A stretch of DNA of 64,000 nucleotides. Origin: the human T2T-CHM13v2.0 reference genome, Homo sapiens. The notes below the pieces were generated by a model, which saw nothing but the letters and a program-made list of their open reading frames with translations, was not told the DNA's origin and searched no databases. This document shows positions 1-13,239 of the stretch, piece by piece. A program made the translations under genes and the position numbers. Positions within the stretch are counted from its first letter, which is position 1. Every line of letters begins with the position of its first letter. The DNA lies in NCBI RefSeq assembly GCF_009914755.1, contig NC_060926.1. One strand, given 5' to 3'.

Positions 1-1995
1 GTGGCAAGTAGGGCCACAGGGCAGCACCTGGTTACAACTTGCTGGTGGGTTTTATGTTGTGCAATACTAGGAGGAGGAGGCAGGTGATCTATGCTGATCT
101 ATGATCACCTGCTTCAGTAGAATTTTTCTGTAGAGTGTTGTTTGAATTTTGAGCCTCCAGGTTAGAGGCTCCAAGCAGACAAAGAAGAAAGTTTGTAGAC
201 ACAATATTCTAACATTGCACAAGTTGATGAGATATCAAGTTTTGAATATTATTCAGGAAGCACTTTGGAGAATGTGGGAGTCCTACTGTTTTGCACTAGT
301 CTGTAATTTGTTACCTCTCCCCATTCGATAATATAGTAACTCAGAATTTTCATATAAAATTGAATTCTACTCATTAGAGTACTTTTTAAAAGTACAGCAG
401 AAAGAAAAGAAGTGGAACATAAGCATTCAAGATTAATATTTGATTCTCTATCTCTTAACTGTAGATTTTATTGGCCTGTTTTTTTTTTCTAAATAATTCT
501 TTAAAACTTGACTGGAACATGCCTCTGCATTTCTGAGTGTAGAAATTAAATGAAGCCACTCACAGTCCTTTGATTTCCCACTGAAGATACCCCAAAGGAT
601 GCAAGTGCCTACAGTATTATCAGGAGGAGAACATGAAAATATTAAGACAAAAATCCTCAGCAGTTGTTCTCCACCCCTTCTCCACCTCCACCAGCAAGGA
701 GAAGTCAATCTACACTTTTTTCTCATGTTCTAAAGTCTTAGAATACTGCTGGATTGTTGAGCATGAGACAGAGCAAAGGTTAGATACACAAGGTACAAGT
801 TCATAGGAGCACAATTCCTTGATTCAGGGAAAGTAGCACAGAATGCAATTTGAAAACTACAGGCTTAGGACTCTGTGCCAAAAATCTCTATTTTAAATGA
901 AAATATTTATATAAAAATACATTTATTCTGCTTAACACAAATTAAAACTGACATAAAATTTTATGATAATAACATGATTCAAGAAATGTGATGTAGATTT
1001 TTGAGAATGCCAAAAATCAGGTTTCAGAAAAGCTACAGTATGAAATCTGAAAAGCAACAGAAATTGAAAGTGACCTTAAAGAATAAATTTCCTAATTTTT
1101 CCCAGTTTCCTATGTTTATAACTATTATAGAGTTTAACTTTCTGGAACTGAAGGAGAAAACATGAAAATGTTTATATTGCTTCTTGTTAAGCAGGTAGAC
1201 CAAATTCCGCTTTCAGTAATTCATCCATACAGAATTTGGATGACTATGTATAAAGGAAAACTTAAATCTTAATTATTATCAGTTTAAATTTTTTTTGTTT
1301 GTTGAATGACAAAGGCAATAAAAATAAATTTGACTTTAGCTTTTTTTCTATACTTTCCTCTTTTTGTAATTCTTAAATTCTAGTCACTAGTCATTATGAG
1401 AGTATTGACTAAATATTTTCACAATCTAAATATTGTCACAATCTAAATTTCTGTAGTACAGAGAGCCGTAGCCCTTTGTAAAGGCTTTCGTTCGTCCAAA
1501 CAACACTTGATCCAACCAAAGTTCCAATGTGACTGTGGATCTTTGATAGGTCTTTGGTGTTGGTTGTAACAAAATTTGATTTGAACTACCTATAAATGAA
1601 AAGTCGGGGTTTATTACTTTATATGTAATGCTGAGAGGAGACTGTTGGGAACAGTTATGTCAATGAGCAAACTAGAAATTGGCTTCAAAGTCTGATACTT
1701 TTAAAAGCATGTGTTTTGTGTATATGCTCACAAAATGTCTGTGAAGAGATTTCTTTCAGCTTTTGCTCAGCTTTATGGTGGGGTGTACTGTTTTATCTGG
1801 GCGGTGAGGGTATTGATTTACATAAAAACTGTAGACAAACACAGTACGAGTCTCAGCACGTTTTGCATTTATTGTACTGCCCAAATTGTTTTTATGTTAA
1901 AAGTCACGTTTCATAATCTGCAATATTTTTGTCAAAGTGCACACTGTACTTTCTTCTTAAAAACGTGATTAAAGAGATCACTTTGTCCGGATGAA
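1..1995 (+). other. SLC9A2: Probable distal 3' UTR of SLC9A2 (NHE2), ending after an ATTAAA poly(A) signal at 1968-1973
   Basis: AT-rich, no recognisable repeat and no credible ORF; TGTA and U-rich elements precede ATTAAA. Identity is inferred from the known human gene order SLC9A2(+)-MFSD9(-)-TMEM182(+); no SLC9A2 coding sequence is in the window and the cleavage site is estimated. Confidence 0.6.
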
Positions 1996-4208
1996 GCAGC
2001 TGTTGGCATTATCCGCTGAGGCTTGAACACCACGTGCTGATTCTCTCATCAATCTGAAAAATAACACTCGTGGCTCAGAACACACAAGGTTAAAGTGTGT
2101 GGCGCACTGCTACTTTTTATCTCACTTTTTAACCAACCCTTTCTTCAACCCTCTTCTAAGGAAAGCAGAAGTCCCCTTTGGGTACCAGCTGTGTGGCATA
2201 ACCATGGCTCCTTGTCCCTGACAGATGACACCTTCCTTTAGAATCCACCAGCATCATCCACTCTGCGTCTAGCTGACACCCTCAGACAGGGATCAGCCAC
2301 CCTGGGGCGTGCAGGTCAAATACGCAGATGGGGACTTTGCAGACCACTTCAGTGTCACGCTGGCACATCATTTTTGATCCTTTTTCCTTTTTAAACTTCC
2401 TGCACCTTTTCAGATAAAATCATATTTTACTATGTATAGCTAATAAATCGTAGTTTTGTTCTCTTAATCGCATGGTCAGGAAATGAGTTTTTCTAGGTGT
2501 AGAGTTAACCTGTCTACTGTGAATGGATTATTATCAACTTTTCAATCTACACAGCATAGAGATTATTTTGATGGCTCAGAACATACGTCAAGAACTTTCA
2601 GTATGTGCAGAGGTTGTATGGGAATCTGTTGTTCTCCTACTGGAGGGTACGGAAATGTCACTCCATGAGATGCCCAGCAGACAGAATACCAGATACAGAG
2701 GCTGTGATTTTTCTGATTTCTGGAACAAAACATCTTGAATTAAAAATTCAGACATTTTAATCCTTTTTTATTTTATTGTCTCCTGCTGAGTCATAAGTAT
2801 GACTGGAGACTAAATTTCTAATTTAGATGAAGCTCTTTGTATCCACTTAGGATAACCCTGCTTACCAAACAAATTTTGTATATGTACACGGACAAAGGAA
2901 ATTTTTCCTTGTTTCTATGAAAAATCTTACCAAAGTTTAAATATTAAATCACATGTAAACCTTTAATCACTTATGGAGAAAATAGTACATACATGAAAAC
3001 AGAACAGTCCCAGTTTTTGTATTTGTGTATGAAACCACTCTCATTTATGTTGAATGGGATTGTGATGGCTAGAATTCTTCAAAGAGCTTCAGAGTATTGA
3101 AAATTTCAATTCTATTAATTCCAAATACATATATCTCAGACTAGGCTAACTCTATTACAGTGTAATAGAACGTGATTAGAGGAATAAACATTTTAATTGG
3201 TTCATTAATTTTTATATCTAAAAAGGCTCTGCAAAAGGGCTCAAAAATGGTGTATGCTTTTAAATATTAAATACGGCCTTCCCATGCAAACGTAAAGAAA
3301 AGAAGTTAATTCCAATTATTGCCTTAATAATTTTTAAAGATTATGCAAAGATGTGTATTAACACATCAAATTTTAGGTTTCCATGAATACATAGTTTGGC
3401 ATCTGATTAATAAATAATAGATTTGCTACCATAACTATGTCTTACTATTGAACCTTTAGTTTAAGTCCTGACCTTTAGCTAGAAAGTTATTTTGAATGGC
3501 AGTAACAGTTCATCATGCTTTCAGTGCTATTCACTCCAAAGAGATGCACAGTGAAGGTACTTTGAAGGTGCCCCAAAGAAAATGCTCACCCTTGTCAGTG
3601 ACGTCACAGACTGGGCCTGACAGATGTTAGGCTTTGAGATGGCCAGGCCTATGCTTCAGCCCCACAGAACAGACTACTTAAGGCAAACACCTACCAAGTC
3701 GCATACATACAGCCCCACAAGGGTCCACAAGGGTCCAGCCCGAGTCAGCGGCAGAACACCTTTATTAGGTTTGCTTTGGATATTTCATGTGGTTTCAATT
3801 TCATTAAGCAAACTTGGGACAGGTTTAGGTAGGTAAGCTATCACACAAAAAACTAGTTCTGTCTGGATAAGAGGCTGTGTCTCAACTACTCAAAATGGCA
3901 TGGAGATTCTTTGGTAAGCTTGAAGGAAGACTGTCTCCTATCCATGTTATAAGTTGCAATCATTAATAGGTATTTTAACCACTTTCTTCCTCTACAGTGG
4001 ATGCTTAGAAAAAAGAACTGTATCAAGATGTAGTATAAAGACTGATCAAAATACAATTCTTTGTTCAAACAAGATCCTTACAGTTCATTCTTACACTGTG
4101 TAAGTTATCAGCAATAATTAACACTCCTTCCTTAATGTTTATAATTATCTTCTCCCTGGAAGGAACAATACAAGCTGTGTTAAGTCACTTTTAAAAATAA
4201 GAATCAGT

Positions 4209-4498
4209 GGCCAGGCACCGTTGCTCACGCCTGTAATCCTAGCACTCTGGGAGGCAGAGGTGGGCGGATCGCCTGAGGTCAGGGGTTTGAGACCAGCCTG
4301 GCTAACATAGTGAAACCCTGTCTCTACTAAAAATACAAAAATTATCTGGGCGTGGTGGCGCGTGCCTGTAGTCCCAGCAACTCGGGAGGCTGAGGCAGGA
4401 GAATTGCTTGAACCCGGAAGCAGAGGTTGCAGTGAGCCAAGATTGTGCCATTGCACTCCAGCCTGAGCAACAGAGTGAGACTCCATCTCATAAATAAA
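4209..4498 (+). mobile_element. Alu (AluS-like), full dimer with a very short tail
   Basis: GGCCAGGCACCGTTGCTCACGCCTGTAATCC ... CTACTAAAAATACAAAA ... GACTCCATCTC. Confidence 0.95.
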
Positions 4499-4673
4499 CG
4501 TTTCTTATAATATACTGAAACAGGAAAACAGAAGTTTTGCTTTTATTGTTTTAGTAGACAGCTATTTATAAAATGGTGTTTAGATACCTGTTTGGGAAAA
4601 ATGAGAGATCTAAGTATTTGTGCATCTGCTTAACTAGAAATAAATCCTACTGTGAGATGTTACCTTAAAAGTA

Positions 4674-5087
4674 CAGTTGACCCTTCAGCAACACAGAGTT
4701 GAACTATACAGGTCCACTTAAACGGGGATTTTCTTCCATCTCTGCCACCCCTAAGACAGCAAGATCAATCCCTTCTTCTCCTCCTCCCCCTCAGCCTACT
4801 CAAAATGAAGGTGGCAAGGATGAAGACCCTTATGATTCCATTTCCACTTAATAATATTATTTTTCTTTTTCTTAACATTTTTTCTCTAGCTTACTTCATT
4901 GTAAAAATACAGTATATATGTAACACACAAAATACATGTCAGTCGACTATTAATATTGTTGGTAGGGCTTCATGTCAACAGTAAGCTATTAGTAGTAAAT
5001 TTTTAGAGAGTCAAAAGTTACACTCAAATTTTCTACCGTTTTGGGGGCTTGGCACTCCTAACCCCTGTGTTGTTCAAGGATCAACTG
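4674..5087. mobile_element. Tigger2a/MER28-like non-autonomous DNA transposon (Tc1/mariner-pogo)
   Basis: Terminal inverted repeats CAGTTGACCCTT...AAGGATCAACTG, preceded by TA; internal sequence resembles Tigger2. Confidence 0.8.
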
Positions 5088-5484
5088 TCCTCTACTTACT
5101 GGCCTTCAGTATAAATGTCAGATTACGTATATATTTGGTATCTGCATAATGGTTTTAAAAGCCAAAGCCTTGTTTTTAATATTAAGATGTGTTCTAGCAT
5201 ATTGGAGATGACATTTTTCAAAGCACTTCTGGATCCTGAATTGAAATATGTAGCAAGACACATCAGTGACTTCTAAAAATACAACTTATAAGAATAAATG
5301 ACAGTTCCTCATTACAATTATAAAGTTTTATTTTTGAAGAAAATTATCATGTGACTGGCAAATTCAAGAAAAAAACATTAGAGCTGAAAAAAAGTTATTT
5401 TAATCCATCAACCTGTTCCAAGAAAAGCTGCTACACATCATCCTGGCTAAATCTGTGGTAACCCTGTTTTAGAGACTTCTTGAA

Positions 5485-5501
5485 GGCTACTAGGGGGCAA
5501 A
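5485..5501 (+). promoter_or_regulatory. Candidate CTCF motif
   Basis: GGCTACTAGGGGGCAAA resembles the CTCF core CCACTAGGGGGC with one core mismatch. Confidence 0.35.
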
Positions 5502-6589
5502 GAGGCATGGAGATTCAGTCTCATGGCTTTTATTATGCATTCCAAATAAATAGCTGTTTTCTGAATGCAGTTGCCCAAATGCCTAAAATTTTCTGACTGG
5601 ACTGATTCTCACTCCTGATAGATTTCTAAATACCTTATAGAAGTGTCTTCAGGAAAAGACGCCAAGCAACCCTTTGAAATTCCTCAAAGCTGCACACTCA
5701 TCACCTGGGAATTATTCACAACCTCTCCTGCGATTGCCCTGTGGGCCACAACCTCTGCCTGCTGTCCCTGTCCTCGCGACCAGCTCTCCCTCAGGGCCCC
5801 CCTAAAGTTACTGCCCCAAAGTCCAGACTACTCCTTGGGCCTCCAGTTAATCCTCCTTGCTGCGGCTAGAGAGCTCTTTCTAAAACAGGAGTGTCTTCAC
5901 AGCACTTTACCGCAGGAATTCTTCCGTCATTCCCCTTCATCCGTCAATACAATCTCAACCCGAGCATGGCAGCCGAATCCATTCTTGATCTAACTCAGTG
6001 ATTCCCAACTCCAGATGTTCACAGAAACATCTGTGGTGCTTCAGAGTCTGGTTCCTGTGGTCTAAGGCATGTAGCCAGGATACAGAATCAGTGATTCCAG
6101 CTCCTTCTGTTGGCCCCAGGTGCAACTCTTGCAGAATTCACTCCCCAAGGGGCCATCCAGCCTGAGTTTGGAGCCTTGCAGGTGACTCCTGTGACTAGAC
6201 ACACCCTGTACCTTTTCAGAATGTTATTCATCCCTCTAGACATGAGGGCAGAGGCCTACCTTCTGCTCTATGGAACCCAAATCCTGGAGACCTGTTCCCA
6301 AGCAGTTATGGCTGGCAGAGTGTTGGAAAGGGTGACACTTCCTTCAAAGACATTTCAGGAAGGTTCAATACTCCTAAAATAAGATTCCATAGAATAGTGA
6401 GTTGCACCCTATGAAGATATTTTTGACTTACAAAAATAGCAACTTCATGTGGCTCAACCTGACACACTGGAAAGGGCTACAGAAGTTACTCAAGAGAATT
6501 TAAAAAATGAAACACCACAAATGTCAATTGAGCAGATTTAATTTCCCTGAGATTATATTCCATAAGTGATACAAATACTACCCCTTAGA

Positions 6590-6730
6590 CCAGGGGTTTT
6601 CAAAGTTTGCTGTGCAAAAAATCAGCTAGGTATCTTATTAAAATGGTCCCCAACATGTCTGAGCTGGAGCTTCAGTGTTCACAGGTCTCAGGTGATGCTG
6701 ATGCTACTGGTCTCTGGGTCACACTTTAAA
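6590..6730. mobile_element. MER5-like hAT MITE remnant
   Basis: CAGGGGTTTTCAAAGTT... and ...CAGGTGATGCTGATGCTACTGGTC...CACACTTT are typical of MER5. Confidence 0.6.
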
Positions 6731-7722
6731 GAGGAAGACATTAGATAAAGTAAAAGGAGTCATGAGAAAAGGTGCACCTAAAAAACATCACATAACAAAA
6801 TACTAAAGTCACTAGTGGAGAATAACAAACATGTCTCTCTACTCTATATTCTAAGATCAGTCTTTGGTTTTCTATATTTCCATGTGTCTGATTATAAAGA
6901 CTCATTAAGTTTATGGGCTTTTTAAACTTCAAAAATAAAGTGCTACGATTTTTAAAATAAAAACACGACTATAAGGGCTTTTAAGAAACTTGCCTGTTTC
7001 TGAGAGTGAAGGACAATCTTTGAGATCCAAACTCTTCTGAAATTCTATTTCATTGCATAAACCCTCGATTATTTATTGCCTTTTGAGTCTAATCTCCATG
7101 AGATTTAATTTGCTCCTTAAGGGCAAGGCCATTTTATATATTAATAATAGTTTGGTCTCCTCGAAAGCACTTAACATTTACATAAAAGTTCACAATTGTA
7201 AAACCTAATCAGAAGTCCATTTTTCCTTGCAGCAAGATAGGAAAAAGGACAATCTTCAAACTAAAACATACTTCCAATTATTTATCATAAATATTTGATT
7301 TTACTCCATGACTTCTAAAATACAGAAATGTTTACTGCTTTACAAACAATAAATATTAAAGATATGACAAATTACTGTAGCATACTAAAATATTTACAAG
7401 TATGCATGTGTTAAGTTGAAAACAGGCATACCATCCTAGTGGACTAATTAAGGAAAGTAAAAGGAATGTGAACTTCAACTGTCTGACAGGAAGCCCTTAA
7501 GTAACTGATTAATACTTGATGCAATCCCAATGGTCATCCTGCCTGGCATATGTCTCCCTGCAAGGCTATGTTCACCTTCTGTCTGGGCCTCTGCCTCTCG
7601 TGGCCCCCTCGGTGCTGTATATGAAACTTGTTTAGACAAGAAATGGCACATCAAAATATTTCCGTTGATCAACAGAATGCTTGTGTTTGCAGGCGTGAAA
7701 CTAAAAATAAAGGAAATGATTC

Positions 7723-8013
7723 TTTTTTTTTTGAGACGGAGTCTCACTCTGTCGCCCAGGCTGGAGTGCAGTGGCACAATCTTGGCTCACCGCAAGCTCC
7801 GCCTCCCAGGTTCACGCCATTCTACCTCAGCCTCCCGAATAGCTGGGACTGCAGGTGCCCGCCATCACGCCCGGCTAATTTTTTTTTGTATTTTTAGTAG
7901 AGACGGGGTTTCACCATGTTAGCCAGGATGGTCTCCATCTCCTGACCAAGTGATTCACCTGCCTCAGCCTCCCAAAGTGCTGGGATTACAGGCCTGAGCC
8001 ACCGAGCCTGGCC
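7723..8013 (-). mobile_element. AluY-like element in the probable MFSD9 3' UTR (sense to MFSD9)
   Basis: Full antisense Alu with AluY-type diagnostics (GCAAGCTCCGCCTCCCAGGTTCACGCCATTCT, TTAGCCAGGATGGTCTC); TSD AGGAAATGATTCT on both sides. Confidence 0.95.
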
Positions 8014-9100
8014 AGGAAATGATTCTTAACACAAGACACAGTAGCATCAAGTTCTGGTCTGGCATGACTCCTGACCCTTATTCTGCATAAACTGTTCATT
8101 TTTAAAGCATTCCTGTGCTTTGGCTTCACCACTGGGTTCTGTCAGCACCAGAAGGATGCAACCTGACTGGAATGCAGGCTTCCAGGAGCAGGCTGTGGCA
8201 ACCCCAGCATCTAAGTGGTTTAGTCCAACTTCAGAGCAAGCTGGGCTCTCAGAGGCAGGGAGCACAGGGAACAGGTCCCAGGGGCCCGCTGCTCCATCAT
8301 GCAGTACAACTGCTGAGAGCTGGGAAAGGTGTAACACACTGTGATTACAAACACAATTTTAAGAGTCCAAATTTAGTTAGCTGTGTAAAAACAGCCAAGC
8401 CTATGTACTTTAATCAAAATCAGTGCAGTCTCAGTGTGGTCTTTACTGCCATGAGAAATCGCCAGCAGTGCTTACAAAACACCACGGATTTCTTGGCCCC
8501 ACCCAGGCCCACTGAATCATCTCTAGGGGTGAGGTCAGTATCTTATTTTTAAGCAGCTTTGAAAAGCGACAGGCTGGTTCTAATAAACCAGCTTCTTCAA
8601 TCTGCAGGATTTTGATAGAAAACTCCCTCCTAGTGTATGGAATTTAACTGGAAACTCAAGTTCCAGTTGATCAGAATTTGACTGACATGTCACCCTATTT
8701 TTCAGTAGGAAAATGCTTGTGGTTTCTTCCCTTCCTCCAGGTATCATGTTCTCTTATTCCACCACCACTTCCCTATCCTGTAGCTGGTAGTTTGTTTACC
8801 CTTGAAAATTGTAACCTGATTAGCCCAGGTGGGAAGAAGAGACTTCCAGGTAAACGCTGAATATGCTCACCTTGGAAAAGCTTTGCTCCAGTCTTAACCT
8901 TCCCATGAGGTGCCGTGACTTCTGATCATCCTGCAGGCATGGCTGCATGGCCAAGAGCTGACCTGGAAGCCCAACAGCTCACACCCACCCGGAAATATTT
9001 CCCTTCCACCCCAACCCTTTCCAAAGTGCCCTTTTCATCATGGCCTCCGGCCCTCATTCAACCATCTCAAATTTTGTTGCTTTATGTTGTCCAAATCCAT

Positions 9101-9979
<879 letters not shown>

Positions 9980-10260
9980 TTACTAATCTATATTTTGGTA
10001 CTAAATTTACTAGTCTGTATTTTTGTATCTAGTCTTTCACCATTCCTATGGCTTTATTCTGACATCAGGATTCTGGCAAAAGACTCTTTGCCTTTAAAAA
10101 AGAACACCACGATACCTACAAAATACTCACTGCTTCCTCCCAGCTCAAAAGCCTATGATAGTGTTCTACATCTCATCATTTCATATCTGAATTGTTATAA
10201 ATTTAAATTCTTCCCTTATTAACTTTCTAATTCTCTGCCTATTCATTATCTGTCTGTCCA

Positions 10261-11250
10261 CGTAACATCCATCCATCTATCCAACCATCTAGACATCCAA
10301 TATTCATGGAGTGCTTCTTAAGTGCTAAACATAGAAATATATTAACACAGAAAAGGCCTCTGAAAACACTGTACTCAAGACGCTAAAACCTAAAAAGAGG
10401 TTCAGATAAGAAAAGAGGCAACCAGACTGCAATATAAGGGCCATGCTGGGGCAAGTGCAGGCTGCCACATATGTGACAGCCTGCCTTGGCTTGACCGATG
10501 GGCAGGGACAGCTTGGCCAACTCTCCCTGGGAAGCACCTGCTTGGATCTGCCCCAGGTCAGGGTCATCTAGTGCTTGTGCAGGTCACACCTGCAAAACCT
10601 CAGGGGGCACCATTCTCATAGACCACAACATATACAACCTTACGCAGTGGCTCTAACCGCCACTCAGATGATCCCACCTCTGTCCTCATAGGACTAGCAC
10701 ATTCTTGCCTGTTGATCTCTTGCCAATCCATGCCCAAAAGTGTTCTTAAAACTGAATTCAAACTTGCCATTCTAGGACATCCCTCCAAACTCTATCCTAC
10801 TGTTTTTTAAGTGCTAAAGAGCACTTAAAAGTTCAACTCAGACCAGTGGCTATTCAGTGCTGCTTCATGTTGTTTTCAGCAACTTCATTTGTGTGTCATT
10901 TCTCCAAATATTGTATAAGTGCTTCAGCCATAGACAAATTTACAACGGAAAACCAACCACATGAGAATGTGGAGGATGTGGACTTTTAATAATTCAATCT
11001 TAAAAGGGCCCTTGAACATTACACAGAATATTGATAAAGATGTGAAAGAATTATTGCTGATGAACTAAAAAAGTAGAATTAAAATAATAAAAATGATGAT
11101 GATGATGGCAACTAACTTCTGTTGAGTGCTTACTATAAGCAATCCACCCACCTACCCATCCATCTGTCCAACCTTCCAATATTCATGGAGTTCGTAAGTG
11201 TGAAACGCTAAGAAAATATTAACAAACAAGACAAGGTCTATGCAATCCTA
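10261..11250 (+). repeat. Two diverged direct copies (~10261-10370 and ~11145-11245) of an L2-3'-end-like segment
   Basis: CCATCCATCT.TCCAACC...TCCAATATTCATGGAG...TAAGTG..AAAC...ATATTAACA...AAGG.CT occurs in both. Confidence 0.55.
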
Positions 11251-11279
11251 CCTCAGGCTCTGGGGGTAAGCTGCTTGTA

Positions 11280-11445
11280 TGCAGAACCTCTTACAGTTCT
11301 CATAACAAGGCTATGTGTTTTGTTACCCCATTTTATAGATGAAAAAATGGAAGACAATTTGCCCAAGGGTCACACTAAAAACTGGCAAAGCAGGGATTTG
11401 AACCTGAGTCTGTCAGATTCCAGAGTTTGGAGTTCCTAACCATAT
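11280..11445. mobile_element. MIR
   Basis: CCCATTTTATAGATGAAAAAATGGAAG...TTGCCCAAGG.TCACAC...GGGATTTGAACC core. Confidence 0.75.
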
Positions 11446-12339
11446 GAACAGAAATCACAATGAAAAGGCTTTCTCAGGCAAAGTGGCGGATCAGAGGAGG
11501 ATATAAGAAGCTAACGGAGTAAAAGCGTTGACGAAAACAGCTATAGTCATTCAGGGGTAAAGGATGGCAAGACTGGAATGAGAAAGCAGCATGATGATAT
11601 GTTCACTGCACTGAATGGCCAAAGCCCTGGGTGGGACAGTATGTGCTGTCTAGCCAGGTCATCCTCCCTCTCCTCCTCTGCTATTCTATTGGCCCCAGCC
11701 TGCCTATCCTCAAGTTTCTTATGTTGGAAAAACAAGTCCCTCTTCCTTGAAGCCATTGTAGTTGGGAACACTTGCAGCGGAATGTTTTCCTAACTGCTTA
11801 GACCCATTTATAGGCTTAAGATAGGGCAACATATTAAATGGCACTATTGTTGAAGGATCCAAAATAGAATTCCATAACCAATTCCTTTGTTATATGCTGA
11901 CTTTCAATTTTGAGTGATACCACATTCATGTACCTTCCTTTATATGTGAAGATACCTGGTCACATCAACGAGGCATGTGTTTGAGATTTTTATCTAGGTT
12001 TATGTGCACCCCTCCTGATTCAAGTTACAGGCTAAGTAAATTCCTGGCAACAAATCATAATGTATTTCTGTGAGGACTGAGAATAAGCTCATGAACTTTG
12101 CTTCCTGGGTCTGACATCCTAACCCAATAAGGAAATCATCATGCAAAAGAGAACCTTGAATATGAAGATTCAAAAAGCTGCAGTAAAGTACAATATCATT
12201 AAATGTAAGGAAAACTGCCTAGCATGAATTCTCGTTTATGAAGTCATTTATCCAAGGGCCAGCCATGCACCACTCTCTAAGTGAAGAAGAAGAAAGACAT
12301 TTTAAGCAACCAGCCCTGCATCCAAGGAGCTCATAGTCC

Positions 12340-12398
12340 TGTGTGTGTGTGTGTGTGTGTGTGTCTGTGTGTGTGTCTGTATGTATATATGTATGTCT
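12340..12398. repeat. (TG)n compound microsatellite at an Alu tail
   Basis: Seen directly. Confidence 0.95.
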
Positions 12399-12400
12399 TT

Positions 12401-12688
12401 ATTTGAGACAGGATCTCACTCTGTCACCCAGGCTGGAATGCCGTGGTGTGATCACGGCTCACTGTAGTTTTGACCTCCTGGGCTCAAACAATCCTCCTGC
12501 CTCAGCCTCTCGAGGATCTGGGACTACAGGTATGTGTCACCATGCCTGGATAATTAAAAAAAAATTTTTTGTAGACAGGGTCTCACTATCTTTCCCAGGC
12601 TGGTCTTGAACTCCTGGGCTCAAGCAATCCTCCCGCTTCAGCCTCCCAGAGTGCTGGGATTGCAGGCATGAGCCACTGCACCCGGCCC
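12401..12688 (-). mobile_element. AluJ-like element
   Basis: Antisense Alu with J-type features (CTCCTGGGCTCAAGCAATCCTCC). Confidence 0.9.
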
Positions 12689-12689
12689 A

Positions 12690-13050
12690 ATGTGTATTCT
12701 GCACAGGGGTGATAGCAGTGAGTAAATCTGACAAAATCTCTTCCCTCATGGAGTCTGCCTACTGATTTGGGGGAACAAAGAGAACGTAAGCAGTAAAACA
12801 AACTAATAACATAATTTCAAGAATGCTATGAAGAAAATTAAGCTCTTTTAGGCAGAATGGTCAGAGAAGGCCTAAGGAAGCAGATATTTCAGTCTTGAAT
12901 GCTGAAAAGAGAGAGCCAATAACAGATGTGGGATGAATGTGGCAGGTAGAAGACAGGCCTGGTACAATGCCCTCCTATGGGAATGAGCCTGGCATACATA
13001 TGGTAGACCAGAAAGCCAGCATGGCCAGAATGTATGGAGGAAGGCAGAGA
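12690..13050. mobile_element. L2 fragment
   Basis: ...ACAAAATCTCTTCCCTCATGGAG...GGTCAGAGAAGGCCT... is an L2 3'-region signature. Confidence 0.6.
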
Positions 13051-13239
13051 GAGGGGCAGGGTCTGCCCATCACCTACCACTGTGCCAGCTGTGAGGCATG
13101 TGCATTACCATGATAGAAACAACTGGGGGTCTGTAGCAGGAGATTGCATAGTCTTCTTTCTTACTTCCATAATTGTATTTAAATTTATATTAAATACATT
13201 AAAAATAAAATATTTCCCTTTTAAATTGCAACTAAAATA

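Larger units (their letters stand above)
5310..9100 (-). other. MFSD9: MFSD9 3' UTR (extent uncertain); candidate AATAAA signals on the minus strand at 7072-7077, 5529-5534 and 5327-5332
   Basis: Continues from the stop codon at 9101-9103; plus-strand TTTATT hexamers; PUM-type TGTAAATA on the minus strand at 7391-7398. The signal actually used cannot be determined from sequence. Confidence 0.5.

Noticed and set aside
3151-3169. Palindrome TCTATTACA-G-TGTAATAGA
   Set aside because: Isolated and AT-rich, with no supporting context
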